From: an uncultured Eubacteriales bacterium
Lineage (GTDB): Bacteria; Bacillota; Clostridia; Oscillospirales; UBA644
Assembly: GCA_902373415.1 (NCBI GenBank)
Contig: CABKLX010000006.1
Span: forward strand, 54,295-118,294
DNA: 64,000 nt
Reading direction: 5' to 3'
The notes beneath the pieces are model-generated. The model searched no databases. It saw only the letters and a program-made list of their open reading frames with translations, and was not told the origin of the DNA. A program made the position numbers and the translations under genes. Positions 29,164-38,547 of the stretch are shown here, in pieces (positions within the stretch are counted from its first letter, which is position 1; each line of letters begins with the position of its first letter).

Positions 29164-29655
29164 CTGTGCTTTTCGCCCGCAACGATAACCGCTCATTACT
29201 TTTTTGTCGGAATATGTCTGAATTTTAACATAAAATCTTGAAAATTATAATGATTTGTGTTATAATATATATATAACATAGCCATCCTCGCAGATTTTTA
29301 TGGCTGTCACTGTTTTGCGCAAGCGCGGTTATATTATTGAAGGCTCGGCAAAAATGCCCTCGGAAGTAAGCGTTTTTCTCATTGTATGATATTTTCAAAC
29401 AAGAAGCTTCGCAGCGTTATATGAAAAATTAAAACAAGGTTTTTGATAAATGAAAGAGAAGAAGATTAACATAAATTCGTAATGCTGCGTATTTGCGCAG
29501 AGGGAACCCTGTCGACGCTTGATGTGTGTTTGTGAATTTTTTGCGAACTGATTTGACTTTTATGTCACATAATCCTTTGTAAAGCGTTTAATAAAGCGAA
29601 AGGCTGAAATATATCCGTTTCTTTTCGAAATAATTGAAAAAAGAGGTATAAAAAA

Positions 29656-31704
29656 ATGAAAAAAGCGTTTTCTGCATTGCTTGCGCTGACAATGATTCTT
29701 TCGCTTGTGCCCGCATTCGCGGTTTCGTCCCACGCGTTGCAATCGGGCAGCTGGCAATACGAAGTTACGGGCGGAAAAGCGACGATTACGGGGATTGATT
29801 CCGATGCTGTGTCCGGAACTGTCATCATTCCTTCAAAGCTCGGCGGTTATCCCGTGACGGCGATAGGTGGCTCCGTATTCAGAGGTTGTAGCGGTTTGAA
29901 AAATGTATCGATTCCCGATAGTGTAAAATCAATAGGGGATAGGGCTTTTTACGACTGCGGATTTTTAAATGATGTAACAATTCCCGATAGCGTGACATCT
30001 ATAGGAGATTTTGCGTTTTTTGGTTGTGACAGTTTTACAAGCATAGTCATTCCCGACAGCGTGGTTACAATGGGTACCGGTGTTTTCAGGCATTGCGGCG
30101 GAGTGAAAAGCATAAAATTTTCAAAAGGTATGAAATCTATAGTCGATTCTACATTTTATGACTGTAAGGGGCTGACAAGTGTAAATATTCCCGGCTATGT
30201 GACTTCTATCGGTGAACATGCATTTGAGGGTTGTTCGAAACTTAAAAGTATAGTGATTCCTGGCAATGTTAAAGCAGTAGGTTCAAACGCATTTTCTTCT
30301 TGTTGGGATCTCGTAAGCGTAACAATATCCGAAGGGGTAACGTCTATCGGCGATCATGCGTTCCGAAACTGCACCGCATTGGAAAACGCAACTATCCCTC
30401 GCAGTATGACTTCAATAGGCAGTTATGCGTTTTACAATTGTGAAAAATTAAAAGAAATAAATATTCCCGAAAAAGTAAAAACAGTGCAAAAAGCAACATT
30501 TAAAGGCTGTTCGTCGTTGCTGAACTTGACCATTGCGGAGGGCGTAACTTCAATAGAAGATTCCGCTTTTGAAGGTTGCTCGTTTTTACCGATTATAAAG
30601 CTTCCGAACAGTATGACTTCGATAGGTTCTTATGCCTTTAATCAATGCTCGGCTTTGGTTGCCGTATGTATTCCTTCCGGAGTAAAGTATATAGGACCCT
30701 TTGCGTTGAATAGTACCGACGAATTGACTGTTTACGGTAAAAACGGTTCGAACGCACAGTCATACGCAGAACAAAAAAATATTAAATTTGTTTCATGCAG
30801 TTCCTTTGCTGTCGAGGGAAATTGGCTGTATATGATCTCAGGCGGCAATGCAACATTGCTGCATGTTGTCGGAAATGCTTCGGGTGATGTTGTAATACCT
30901 CGTACTCTGGGCAAGTATTCTGTAACAACGATAGAAAACTATGCGTTTACAAACTTTCTCGGACTGACCGGAATAACTATACCGAGTACCGTAAAAACAA
31001 TCAAGCATGACGCTCTTTCTTATTGTTTGAGATTGAACAGTATCAATGTAGAAAAGAACAACACCGTATATACCGCTGCAGGGAACTGCCTTATTGAGAA
31101 AAAAACAAAAAAACTGATAAAGGGTAGTAACGGCAGCGTTATTCCGCAGGATGGCAGCGTGACGTCTATCGCCGAAAGCGCGTTTGATAATTGCCATCAA
31201 TTAACTGAAATAACTGTACCCAAAGGTGTGACCTCAATAGAGAGTTATACATTCTTTGCATGTGACAGTTTGATAAGTGTAACATTGCCCGATGGTTTGG
31301 TAACGATAGGTGACGGGGCATTTAAAGGGTGCTCATCATTAACTCGCATAAATATTCCTTCAAGCGTTACTTCAATAGGAGAGTATGCTTTTAGTGATTG
31401 CTCCGACCTGAAAACCATATTCGGCGAAAAAGGCACATATGCGCAGAAATATGCGGAAGTACATGGCTTTGGCTTTGTAGATATTTCCGATAACCCCGAT
31501 TTTGTTTACGGCGACGCGGACGGCAGCGGTGAGGTTGACATCACCGACGCCATGCTTGTGTTCTACCATGTTGCGAAAAAGGAACTGCTTCCCGACGAAG
31601 CTCTTGTCCGCTGCAACGTAAACGACGACAACGATGTGGACATAGCGGACGCCATGGCGATATTCTACTTCGTGGCAAAGAAGACCGATTCGGTGAGACA
31701 GTAG
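29656..31704 (+). CDS. BspA-type leucine-rich-repeat surface protein with C-terminal type I dockerin
   Basis: Signal peptide. Many repeats of roughly 23 aa (IPDSVTSIGDxAFxxCxxL). Duplicated dockerin segment DADGSGEVDITDAMLVF / NDDNDVDIADAMAIF. The gene and its flanks are visibly AT-richer than the neighbours. Confidence 0.85.
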   Translation: MKKAFSALLALTMILSLVPAFAVSSHALQSGSWQYEVTGGKATITGIDSDAVSGTVIIPSKLGGYPVTAIGGSVFRGCSGLKNVSIPDSVKSIGDRAFYDCGFLNDVTIPDSVTSIGDFAFFGCDSFTSIVIPDSVVTMGTGVFRHCGGVKSIKFSKGMKSIVDSTFYDCKGLTSVNIPGYVTSIGEHAFEGCSKLKSIVIPGNVKAVGSNAFSSCWDLVSVTISEGVTSIGDHAFRNCTALENATIPRSMTSIGSYAFYNCEKLKEINIPEKVKTVQKATFKGCSSLLNLTIAEGVTSIEDSAFEGCSFLPIIKLPNSMTSIGSYAFNQCSALVAVCIPSGVKYIGPFALNSTDELTVYGKNGSNAQSYAEQKNIKFVSCSSFAVEGNWLYMISGGNATLLHVVGNASGDVVIPRTLGKYSVTTIENYAFTNFLGLTGITIPSTVKTIKHDALSYCLRLNSINVEKNNTVYTAAGNCLIEKKTKKLIKGSNGSVIPQDGSVTSIAESAFDNCHQLTEITVPKGVTSIESYTFFACDSLISVTLPDGLVTIGDGAFKGCSSLTRINIPSSVTSIGEYAFSDCSDLKTIFGEKGTYAQKYAEVHGFGFVDISDNPDFVYGDADGSGEVDITDAMLVFYHVAKKELLPDEALVRCNVNDDNDVDIADAMAIFYFVAKKTDSVRQ

Positions 31705-31732
31705 TTTTGTCAGACCTGACTTAAATTTGAAA

Positions 31733-31759
31733 GTGCCTGCGGAAATTTTTCGCAGGCAC
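31733..31759 (+). terminator. Hairpin terminator after the LRR-dockerin gene
   Basis: GTGCCTGCG-gaaattttt-CGCAGGCAC followed by a T-rich tract. Confidence 0.55.
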
Positions 31760-31817
31760 TCTTATACTTTTTGAAAAACATATTCAGCCTAAGCCGGAAA
31801 AAGGCAAGTTTTTTATT

Positions 31818-32378
31818 TTAACCCGCGAGCAGTTTGCTTATCTGTTCGCGGAGTTTTTTTGCGCTCATTTTGCCGCCGAGCGTCTCAAAAACGCTTTCGG
31901 GACTTGCGCCTTCCGTCGCAATACCGCGCTCCGCCGCCTCTTTCCTCGTCAGGATAACTCCGTCCGCGCAGGGATCGAGCCCGAACCGTCGGCACAGATC
32001 CGCCGCGAGTTCGACCGCCGTTCCGAATACGTTCCCCGTTCTGATGTCCGCTTCCGAACGGCGGTAGACCGCGTACGGACAGTTTTTTTCATCGCTTTTC
32101 GCCGCGGGAAGCACGAGCGCCGCTCCTATGTATCTTTCGTCCGCCGTTCCCCCCGAATGGGCGGCAAAGCGCGTCGGGTGTGCCAGCGCGTAGACGATCC
32201 CCTCGCCGCAGACATAGTGATACGCGCGGTCGGAAAGCGCTCCGTCAAGCCTGTTCGCGACCGCCGTCGCCGAGCCCGTAACGCTTTTTTCGAGGCTGAA
32301 AATTATCCCTTCGACGCGAATTTTCCGTCTCGGAAGTATTTTTGAGTTTTTCAGCGCATATCTGCAGATTATTTTCAT
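31818..32378 (-). CDS. Putative endolysin (amidase_2/PGRP-like by weak motifs and position)
   Basis: Last gene of the holin cassette. AYHYVCGEG and AAHSGG...YIGAALV resemble the amidase_2 core. I could not place the expected Zn-ligand His/Cys residues. Confidence 0.4.
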   Translation of the reverse strand: MKIICRYALKNSKILPRRKIRVEGIIFSLEKSVTGSATAVANRLDGALSDRAYHYVCGEGIVYALAHPTRFAAHSGGTADERYIGAALVLPAAKSDEKNCPYAVYRRSEADIRTGNVFGTAVELAADLCRRFGLDPCADGVILTRKEAAERGIATEGASPESVFETLGGKMSAKKLREQISKLLAG

Positions 32379-32455
32379 TTTTCCGTTCCTTTTTCTCCGT
32401 CATGCCGCGGAACCTCCCGTTCCGTTTACATGTCTCTTTTCCGTATTCCGTGCCG

Positions 32456-32710
32456 CTACTGCGGCTGAGTGTAACTCATGGCCCTCTCGCTGTCGGAAAG
32501 CCCTTTCGTGGTCGGGTCTGCAACGACGCCGACGAGCGTCAGAACCGCGAACAGCGCGTTGATCGCCGCCGTCAGCCTTTGTCCGAGATCCCCGAAGTCC
32601 GTCGGTATTCCGAACACCGCCGCGAGCGTCTGAAAGAGCAGAAGCGCCGCAGGCACGAGCGAAAGCCAGAATGTTTTGTTTTTTGCTCTTACCGCGAAAT
32701 TGATCTTCAT
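32456..32710 (-). CDS. Phage holin, phi LC3 / Phage_holin_1 family
   Basis: KNKTFWLSLVPAALLLFQ...VVADPTTKGLSDSERAMSY is the typical family pattern. Two TM helices. Confidence 0.85.
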   Translation of the reverse strand: MKINFAVRAKNKTFWLSLVPAALLLFQTLAAVFGIPTDFGDLGQRLTAAINALFAVLTLVGVVADPTTKGLSDSERAMSYTQPQ

Positions 32711-32714
32711 CTTT

Positions 32715-32963
32715 TCACCTCGCTTCCAGATCCCTGACCCTGTGGTTCAGGACTTTTATCTGCTCCTCGACAACGGGCATGCGCCTTGCGAAATTGTTGT
32801 GTTCGCGCACTTCCCGCGTCAGTTCCGTTATTTTTTCGTCCGTGACCGCCTGATGCGTCCTGATATGATGTTCCGTTTTTCGGGAGGACGCGATGATCGT
32901 TCCGACCGTTCCGATCAGCGCGAGCCCGCCCGTAATTATTGCTGCGATTATCGATTCCGTCAT
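32715..32963 (-). CDS. Small membrane-anchored coiled-coil protein of the lysis cassette
   Basis: N-terminal TM helix (IIAAIITGGLALIGTVGTIIA) followed by a coiled-coil segment. Sits immediately upstream of the holin. Confidence 0.5.
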   Translation of the reverse strand: MTESIIAAIITGGLALIGTVGTIIASSRKTEHHIRTHQAVTDEKITELTREVREHNNFARRMPVVEEQIKVLNHRVRDLEAR

Positions 32964-33022
32964 GATCCTGCCTCCGCGATCGCCTGCGCGTTCCGTCCTT
33001 CGAATATCTTTGTTTTCATCGG

Positions 33023-34207
33023 TTACGCGCCTCCGCTTTGGTTAAGGCTTTCGATGTACGCTTTGACCCAGCTTATAACGGCTTTTGAAGTCGGTATGTT
33101 GTAAGCGGCCAGACCGCTTTCGGAAAGATTGTTCACATCGATCGACCGCCCGATGTACGTTCCCGTTGACGTGTCGCTGTCATAATTGTGCTGGATCAAT
33201 ACCATTGTCTTCGTTTTGTCCGTATCGGATAGCTGCAACGGGTTGCTTTTGTCCCCGACATAATCTTTCAGCAGCTTTGTCGTCGGGATCATGTAATCGC
33301 TCGGTTCTTCCGGCATCGTCGTTGACTTGACGAGCGTTATCACCCCCACGGCGCTTTCGTTTGAAAGAATTCCTTTCTGAGACGGCTTGTCGACCTTGTT
33401 TGCGATTTTCGCGACCTCCGCTTTGTCCTCATCGGTGTAATCATTTGTCGAAAGCCCCTTGCCCTCGACCTTGTCAACCTTTTTCAGATAGTTGTTGTAC
33501 GCATTTGCTTCGACCGTCTCTACTCTTTCCGTAATCCGGTCAAACTCCTGAGGCATCCAGGTTTCAAGAAGCTCTTTTGCAGAGTCGGTGTAATCGTTCG
33601 TTGAAAGATATTTTCCCTCGACCTTGTCGACCTTGTCGCGCAGGATCGTTCCGACCGTTTCGAGACAGTCTTCCAGATCCGCCTCGTCCGCCTTTGACGG
33701 GATAAGCCCGACGAGCGCTTTGTCCGCGTCCGTGTAGTCGTTTTTGCTTCCGACGCGCACGAACTGTCCGCCGCTGAATATTTTGAAGCCCTCCGCGTCG
33801 TTTTTGATGACCGTTACGCCTGTTTCGTCTGTCGGCGTGAACACGCATTTTTCGGTCACGCCCGCGTCTTCCGATCCCGCGGGAAGCGTATCCGACGCAT
33901 AAGCCGAGCGCATAACCGTGATCTCCGCTCCCGTCATCGTCGCCAGATCTCCCGTGAAAGCCGTGACGCGGATGACGCCCGGCTCCGCGTAAAATTCGTT
34001 CGGTATCGCGACCTTTTCATCTTCTCCTATCGGAAGATAAACGCTCTTTACGCCCTCCTTTTCAAACTGCACGTACCGCGCGCCGTCCGTCTCGGTCTCA
34101 AATACGAATTCGACCCCGTAAAGATTTCTCGATCCCGACAGAACGGGCTCCGCGTCCGCGAACAGCATTTGCCCCTGAACAGTTATTTTAATATATCTCA
34201 TTTTCAT
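33023..34207 (-). CDS. Tail-fibre-like protein
   Basis: Three or more repeats of the KVDKVEGK-x-LSTNDYTD motif. ATGA overlap with the upstream gene; RBS ggaaggag. Confidence 0.65.
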   Translation of the reverse strand: MKMRYIKITVQGQMLFADAEPVLSGSRNLYGVEFVFETETDGARYVQFEKEGVKSVYLPIGEDEKVAIPNEFYAEPGVIRVTAFTGDLATMTGAEITVMRSAYASDTLPAGSEDAGVTEKCVFTPTDETGVTVIKNDAEGFKIFSGGQFVRVGSKNDYTDADKALVGLIPSKADEADLEDCLETVGTILRDKVDKVEGKYLSTNDYTDSAKELLETWMPQEFDRITERVETVEANAYNNYLKKVDKVEGKGLSTNDYTDEDKAEVAKIANKVDKPSQKGILSNESAVGVITLVKSTTMPEEPSDYMIPTTKLLKDYVGDKSNPLQLSDTDKTKTMVLIQHNYDSDTSTGTYIGRSIDVNNLSESGLAAYNIPTSKAVISWVKAYIESLNQSGGA

Positions 34208-36111
34208 TTCAGTCTCCTTCCTCCGATCGGCTTCGTCTTCCTCGCTTTCAGAACGATATCGCCGATCTCTGTCCGTCCGCGTCCTTTTACGACCGCGCAA
34301 AAACCGCGCCCTGCCGCGTCTGTCGGTCTGAACGCATATCTTCCGTTTGCCCCGTACGGACGGACTTCAAACCCGTCCGTCACGGGATCTCCTTCTTCGT
34401 CTGTTGCCGAATCGGGAACGATGAAGAGCCGAACGTCTCCGTTCGCTCCGAACGAACAGCCGCGTTTTTCAAGCCTTTTCATCCGCGTTTTGTCTCCGAA
34501 ATCCTCCGTCGCCGTGACCAGCGTCGGCTCGATCGTTCTTTCCGCGTCCGTTCCTTCAAAATCCGCGTCCGCGTCCGCGCCGAGATACTCGACCGAAATA
34601 TCTCCGTCCGCCGTCCCCGAAAGAACCGCCGCTTTTCCGTTTTTCTCCGATCCGATGCCCTGCACCGCGAACGGCGCCGCTCCGCTTTCGCTTCCGATAT
34701 TCGTCCAAAGAAACCAGCCGTTTTCCTTTTTCCCCGTGCGCCCGTTCTTCGCCTCGTCCCGCGAGACGAAAAGATCCGTCCCGACCGAAAGAAGCGCCGT
34801 GCCGTTGAAAGCCGTCAGACGCGGCGTTCCCGAATATCTTTTCAGAAGCCCGTCGATGCCTTCCGACGCGGAGCGCAGGCTCGAAGTGTCGTTGACCGCC
34901 GCCGGAACGATGCGCTTGACCCCGTCCTCGGAAACGAAAAGGGGAGAGCCGAGGTGATGAACGGCGTTGCCTGTCCCCGTCACGCCGCAGTCATAAAGTC
35001 CGTATTCCGCCGGGTATTCTTTCCCCAACGCGTCTCCCGCCGCCGTCCTCGGATAATGAAAGCGTATCAGCGGAGCCGCCGCTCCCGCATGCTCGATCGC
35101 CGCCAGATATTTCCCGACTTCGGCGAAGACCTGCGTTCCTTCCGACCCTGCGCAGACCGCGTTTTCGCGAAAGAAGAACGGGTCGCCCTCCGCCGAAAAA
35201 ATGACCCTTCCGCTTGCGCCGCTTTCCGCCGCCGCGCACAGGAATACCCGTCCGTCGAAGACCGCGCCGAACGCTTTTGTCAGCGGTTCCCTCACGGTTT
35301 TTTCCTCGTCGGGTTCTCTGCACAGAACGGTGATCTGTGTGTTCTTGTCGGGTATGGACGGCAATGTCACAGAGCCCGCCGAACCGTCCGAAAGCGTCTT
35401 GAAGACCTCTGTTCCCTCAAACGTGTAAACGCACGAGATCATTTTCGCGCCGCTTTTCCCGAGAACGAACGTTTTGCTTTTCCCGTCCGCGGTCACGCTG
35501 ACGCGGAAACACGGCGAAAGCATATTTTTCGCGCCGAGATATTTTCCGTCCCTGCAAATGAGAGGCGCGTCCCTTTCCGCGATCGCCGAAAACTCCGAAA
35601 CGCTCGCGACCGCATTCATTCGGCTCAGCGCGGCGGAGGGCGTATACACACTTGTCCCGTCCTTTCCGAAACGGAACACGCCGTTACCGTTATAGACGAT
35701 CAGCGCGTCGTCGAATTCGACCGTCGCGTCTGCCGAAAGCGGCGGGTTTTCGCTTATGCGCGACGAAAGGGAAGAGGCAAGAACCGTGTAATCCCCGTCC
35801 GAGATCAGTTCGTCTCCCGAAAAACTCAGCCCGTTCACATTCGGAAAACACAGCCATTCGAGCATATACGCGCCCAGCCTCAGAAGCACTTTGTCCCCGA
35901 CGGAGTAGATCCCGAACGCGCCTTTCGCTTTTTCGACGGGCTTTTTGAAAACACCCGCGTGAACGAGCGCGGGACGGGTTGCGAGCCGTCCGTTTTCAGG
36001 AAAAAGATCCGTCGCGGAAACGGCTCTGTCCGCGTCGATGACCGACGGGCTCGCCTGCGCATCAATTCCTTTTATCTGTGAAAATTCCCTTGTAATATTC
36101 CCGTTTGTCAT
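34204..36111 (-). CDS. Large virion structural protein (tail/nozzle-like by position)
   Basis: 635-aa ORF lying between the adaptor-like and fibre genes with tight spacing. No recognisable motif. Confidence 0.55.
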   Translation of the reverse strand: MTNGNITREFSQIKGIDAQASPSVIDADRAVSATDLFPENGRLATRPALVHAGVFKKPVEKAKGAFGIYSVGDKVLLRLGAYMLEWLCFPNVNGLSFSGDELISDGDYTVLASSLSSRISENPPLSADATVEFDDALIVYNGNGVFRFGKDGTSVYTPSAALSRMNAVASVSEFSAIAERDAPLICRDGKYLGAKNMLSPCFRVSVTADGKSKTFVLGKSGAKMISCVYTFEGTEVFKTLSDGSAGSVTLPSIPDKNTQITVLCREPDEEKTVREPLTKAFGAVFDGRVFLCAAAESGASGRVIFSAEGDPFFFRENAVCAGSEGTQVFAEVGKYLAAIEHAGAAAPLIRFHYPRTAAGDALGKEYPAEYGLYDCGVTGTGNAVHHLGSPLFVSEDGVKRIVPAAVNDTSSLRSASEGIDGLLKRYSGTPRLTAFNGTALLSVGTDLFVSRDEAKNGRTGKKENGWFLWTNIGSESGAAPFAVQGIGSEKNGKAAVLSGTADGDISVEYLGADADADFEGTDAERTIEPTLVTATEDFGDKTRMKRLEKRGCSFGANGDVRLFIVPDSATDEEGDPVTDGFEVRPYGANGRYAFRPTDAAGRGFCAVVKGRGRTEIGDIVLKARKTKPIGGRRLK

Positions 36112-36112
36112 A

Positions 36113-36688
36113 TCAGAGCCACCCCGTCGTGTTTTCCCATGCGTCCGTGACGTCCGCGCCCCGTTTCAAACTGTTTTTCAGTTCCCCGAATTTTCTCGCG
36201 TAACCCTCGGCAAGTTCCGGTTCATCGTCGGCGTATATCCTCGCCGCAACTCCGAGCGCGATCAGCCGCTGAGCCGCTTCGGAAATATCCGGCTCGAAAT
36301 CAAGTTCGTCCTCGGCTTCGACCGTGGCGGGATTTTTGATGTAACCGATGAAAAACTTTCCGACGGCGCTTTTCGGAAGCCTTACAACGGTGTCCGTTTC
36401 AAATTGCCAGCCTTCGACCGAAGTGCCCGTGTCCGCGTTGCGCGGAGGCGTTTCGTCGAAGCGCATAAAGTCTTTTCCGAGCAGTTGCCCGATGTCGAAT
36501 TCCGTTCTGCCGTCCGACGAAACGCGCTCGACCGCGATCCTTCTGCGTATCGGCGCCGCGTCCGACGCAAGTTCGAAAAGCACATCGTTCACGTCTTCTC
36601 TCAGAGTGTCACCGAACTCGAACGCGAAATCGCGTTCGTTCAGGTATCCGAGTTTTCTGATCTGCTCTTTTATCTGTCTGTATGTCAT
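36113..36688 (-). CDS. Virion structural protein (head-tail adaptor-like by position)
   Basis: 191 aa from the ATG at 36688, with an aagga RBS. The track ORF extends to 36808 through an Arg-rich stretch that is unlikely to be coding. Confidence 0.5.
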   Translation of the reverse strand: MTYRQIKEQIRKLGYLNERDFAFEFGDTLREDVNDVLFELASDAAPIRRRIAVERVSSDGRTEFDIGQLLGKDFMRFDETPPRNADTGTSVEGWQFETDTVVRLPKSAVGKFFIGYIKNPATVEAEDELDFEPDISEAAQRLIALGVAARIYADDEPELAEGYARKFGELKNSLKRGADVTDAWENTTGWL

Positions 36689-37030
36689 TTCCTGTCCTTC
36701 CCAAACCTTTTTTCCGAAAAAGTTTTGATAATCTGTTCTTCGCACAGGCGGTGTCAAAAAGTCCTCCGTGCCGCGTTTGTTCCGCCGCTTCCGCGACCGA
36801 AAATACACGTTCTGTCTTCTGTTCCTCCCGCGCCTGCCGTCGTCGGGGGCTTTTTCCCTTTCCGCTTCTCCGAAAGCCCTCCCGACGCTCCGTGTCGGGA
36901 GAGGCTTTCGGCGCCGAAGGCGTTTTTGACCCTGACCGTCGCGTATCAGACCGCCCGTGACCGCTCATGTATCGCGCCGCGGACGAAAAATCAATTCAAA
37001 GTAACGCAGCCGCAAACTCTCGCAGAATCA

Positions 37031-37091
37031 CTGCCCGCTGACAACTGACTGCTGCCCGCTGACCACTATCTGCTGTCCGCTGTCCGCTGAC
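37031..37091. repeat. Short direct repeats CTG(C/T)CCGCTGAC x4
   Basis: Copies at 37031, 37052, 37073 and 37080, inside a roughly 400-nt gap of doubtful coding potential within the structural operon. Confidence 0.8.
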
Positions 37092-37098
37092 TGCCGTT

Positions 37099-37233
37099 TT
37101 ACTGCGGCTTTGCCGCTCTCAGATCGCCGCCGACGGTCTTCTTGCCCGTCTTGCCCGCTTTCGTTTCAAAAAGAGCCTTGACGTACTGCGCCGCCGAGTT
37201 CTTGATCCTGCCCGCATAAGTCTTTTCTTTCAT
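37099..37233 (-). CDS. 44-aa basic protein downstream of the capsid gene
   Basis: Encodes MKEKTYAGRIKNSAAQYVKALFETKAGKTGKKTVGGDLRAAKPQ. Strong RBS (taaggaggtaaaggacg before the ATG). Too short for the ORF track. Confidence 0.55.
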   Translation of the reverse strand: MKEKTYAGRIKNSAAQYVKALFETKAGKTGKKTVGGDLRAAKPQ

Positions 37234-37247
37234 CGTCCTTTACCTCC

Positions 37248-38243
37248 TTATTTCAGTTCCGTGCCGCTCTCTGTGCCGCCGATCGCGAACGCGCGCCAGT
37301 CGTTGAAGCCCGCGGAAAATCTCGCTCTTCCTCTCCAGACCATGTTCCACGTCGCGGGATCTTCGTCCGCTTTGAGCGTGAGCGGCTTTCTGTCGAACCA
37401 TACCGCGCCGATGTTGTCTTCGTTGTACTGCGAGGACAGAACGATCCACGGATTGGTGCCCTCGGCGGGCTGCCAGTAAGGATCGACGATGACGTTCCAT
37501 CTGCCGAACTGATAATTGAAACCGTTGTTCGATGTCGCGGGATCTTTGTCCGCTCCTATGCACGCGAACACAGCCTTTTTCAGCGACATTTTGTTCGGAA
37601 TGACGATCGTGTCGGGAACAACTCCGAGAATATTTCCCTTGTCGTCCGTGTAATTCTGCATCGCGGTTTCGACAAGTCCGAGCCCGTCAGCGGAAAATTC
37701 GTTGGAATACATGTTCGACTGGGTCGCGGATGCGTCCGTGATCGAGGTGTGCGCGGTGTGGAACAGGGGAAGCCCGTCGTTGCAGGTCGTCGAGAAGGTC
37801 TGACCTCTGAAAGTTATGCTCTCTCCCGTCGCTCCCGTCAGAAGATTTGAACCGAAAAGTTCTCTCATTCTCATGTAGCCCGTGATGAACGCTGTCGGCT
37901 TCTTGCGGAGATTGATGATCTTTGAGTCGTCGAGCATCTCCTCCGTGATCGTAAATTCGCTCTTGAACGTGACGTGCGTCAGCGTCTTTGAATATCCTTC
38001 CTGCCAGCTTTCCGCGGGGAACGCCGCACCCTCGTCAACGGGCTTGAACCCGTCCATCGAGGTCATCGACGTGATCTTTTCCGCGAAAGAGGACGAAGTG
38101 TCCATGTTGTAGATCTTGGGAAGTATCGACTGCTTCTCAAAAGCCTCCGCCTTCTTTTCGATCATCATTTTGATCGGTTCGTAGGACTGCCCGTAAACCG
38201 AATTGTTCAGTCCCGAACTTTTACTGAAAGTAATGTTTGCCAT
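37248..38243 (-). CDS. Major capsid protein
   Basis: 331 aa; RBS aaaggag. Position after the scaffold gene and composition typical of major capsid proteins (MANITFSKSSGLNN..., ...GFNDWRAFAIGG). Confidence 0.7.
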   Translation of the reverse strand: MANITFSKSSGLNNSVYGQSYEPIKMMIEKKAEAFEKQSILPKIYNMDTSSSFAEKITSMTSMDGFKPVDEGAAFPAESWQEGYSKTLTHVTFKSEFTITEEMLDDSKIINLRKKPTAFITGYMRMRELFGSNLLTGATGESITFRGQTFSTTCNDGLPLFHTAHTSITDASATQSNMYSNEFSADGLGLVETAMQNYTDDKGNILGVVPDTIVIPNKMSLKKAVFACIGADKDPATSNNGFNYQFGRWNVIVDPYWQPAEGTNPWIVLSSQYNEDNIGAVWFDRKPLTLKADEDPATWNMVWRGRARFSAGFNDWRAFAIGGTESGTELK

Positions 38244-38547
38244 TTTTTTTCTCCTTTTCATTTGTCGGTTTGTTTTATACTGTCAATGATATTTGCTTTT
38301 GACCCGTGTTTTCCGCCCGTCGGAGCGTTGCTTTGCGATCCTCGGGGCTTGACGGAGAGATCTGTCGCCGATCGGGGGAGATAAAGCCTTTTTCTCCGCC
38401 GTGCCCCGTGTTTCGCTTTTTCCGTGAGCCTTTTGCGTTTTCTCCGTCGGTCAGACCCGAAATCCGGTATGCTCGGACGGAAGAAAGCGGATCTGTCGGA
38501 CACGCCGTTTTAATTCCGAGGGAAAATCACACCTTCCGAAGATGCCG

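Noticed and set aside
29494-29512. TTTGCGCAGAGGGAACCC, resembling the element promoter core TTCGCAGAGGGG, considered as a fourth motif copy
   Set aside because: It has an extra base in the hexamer, no TAnnnT at 16 nt, and lacks the conserved upstream TCGGGG block.
29513-29522. 10-nt match CGACGCTTGA shared with 43768..43777, considered as att sites of the phage-like element
   Set aside because: It is too short to distinguish from chance between two intergenic regions of a few hundred nt. The right copy simply overlaps the -35 box of the pdxK promoter.
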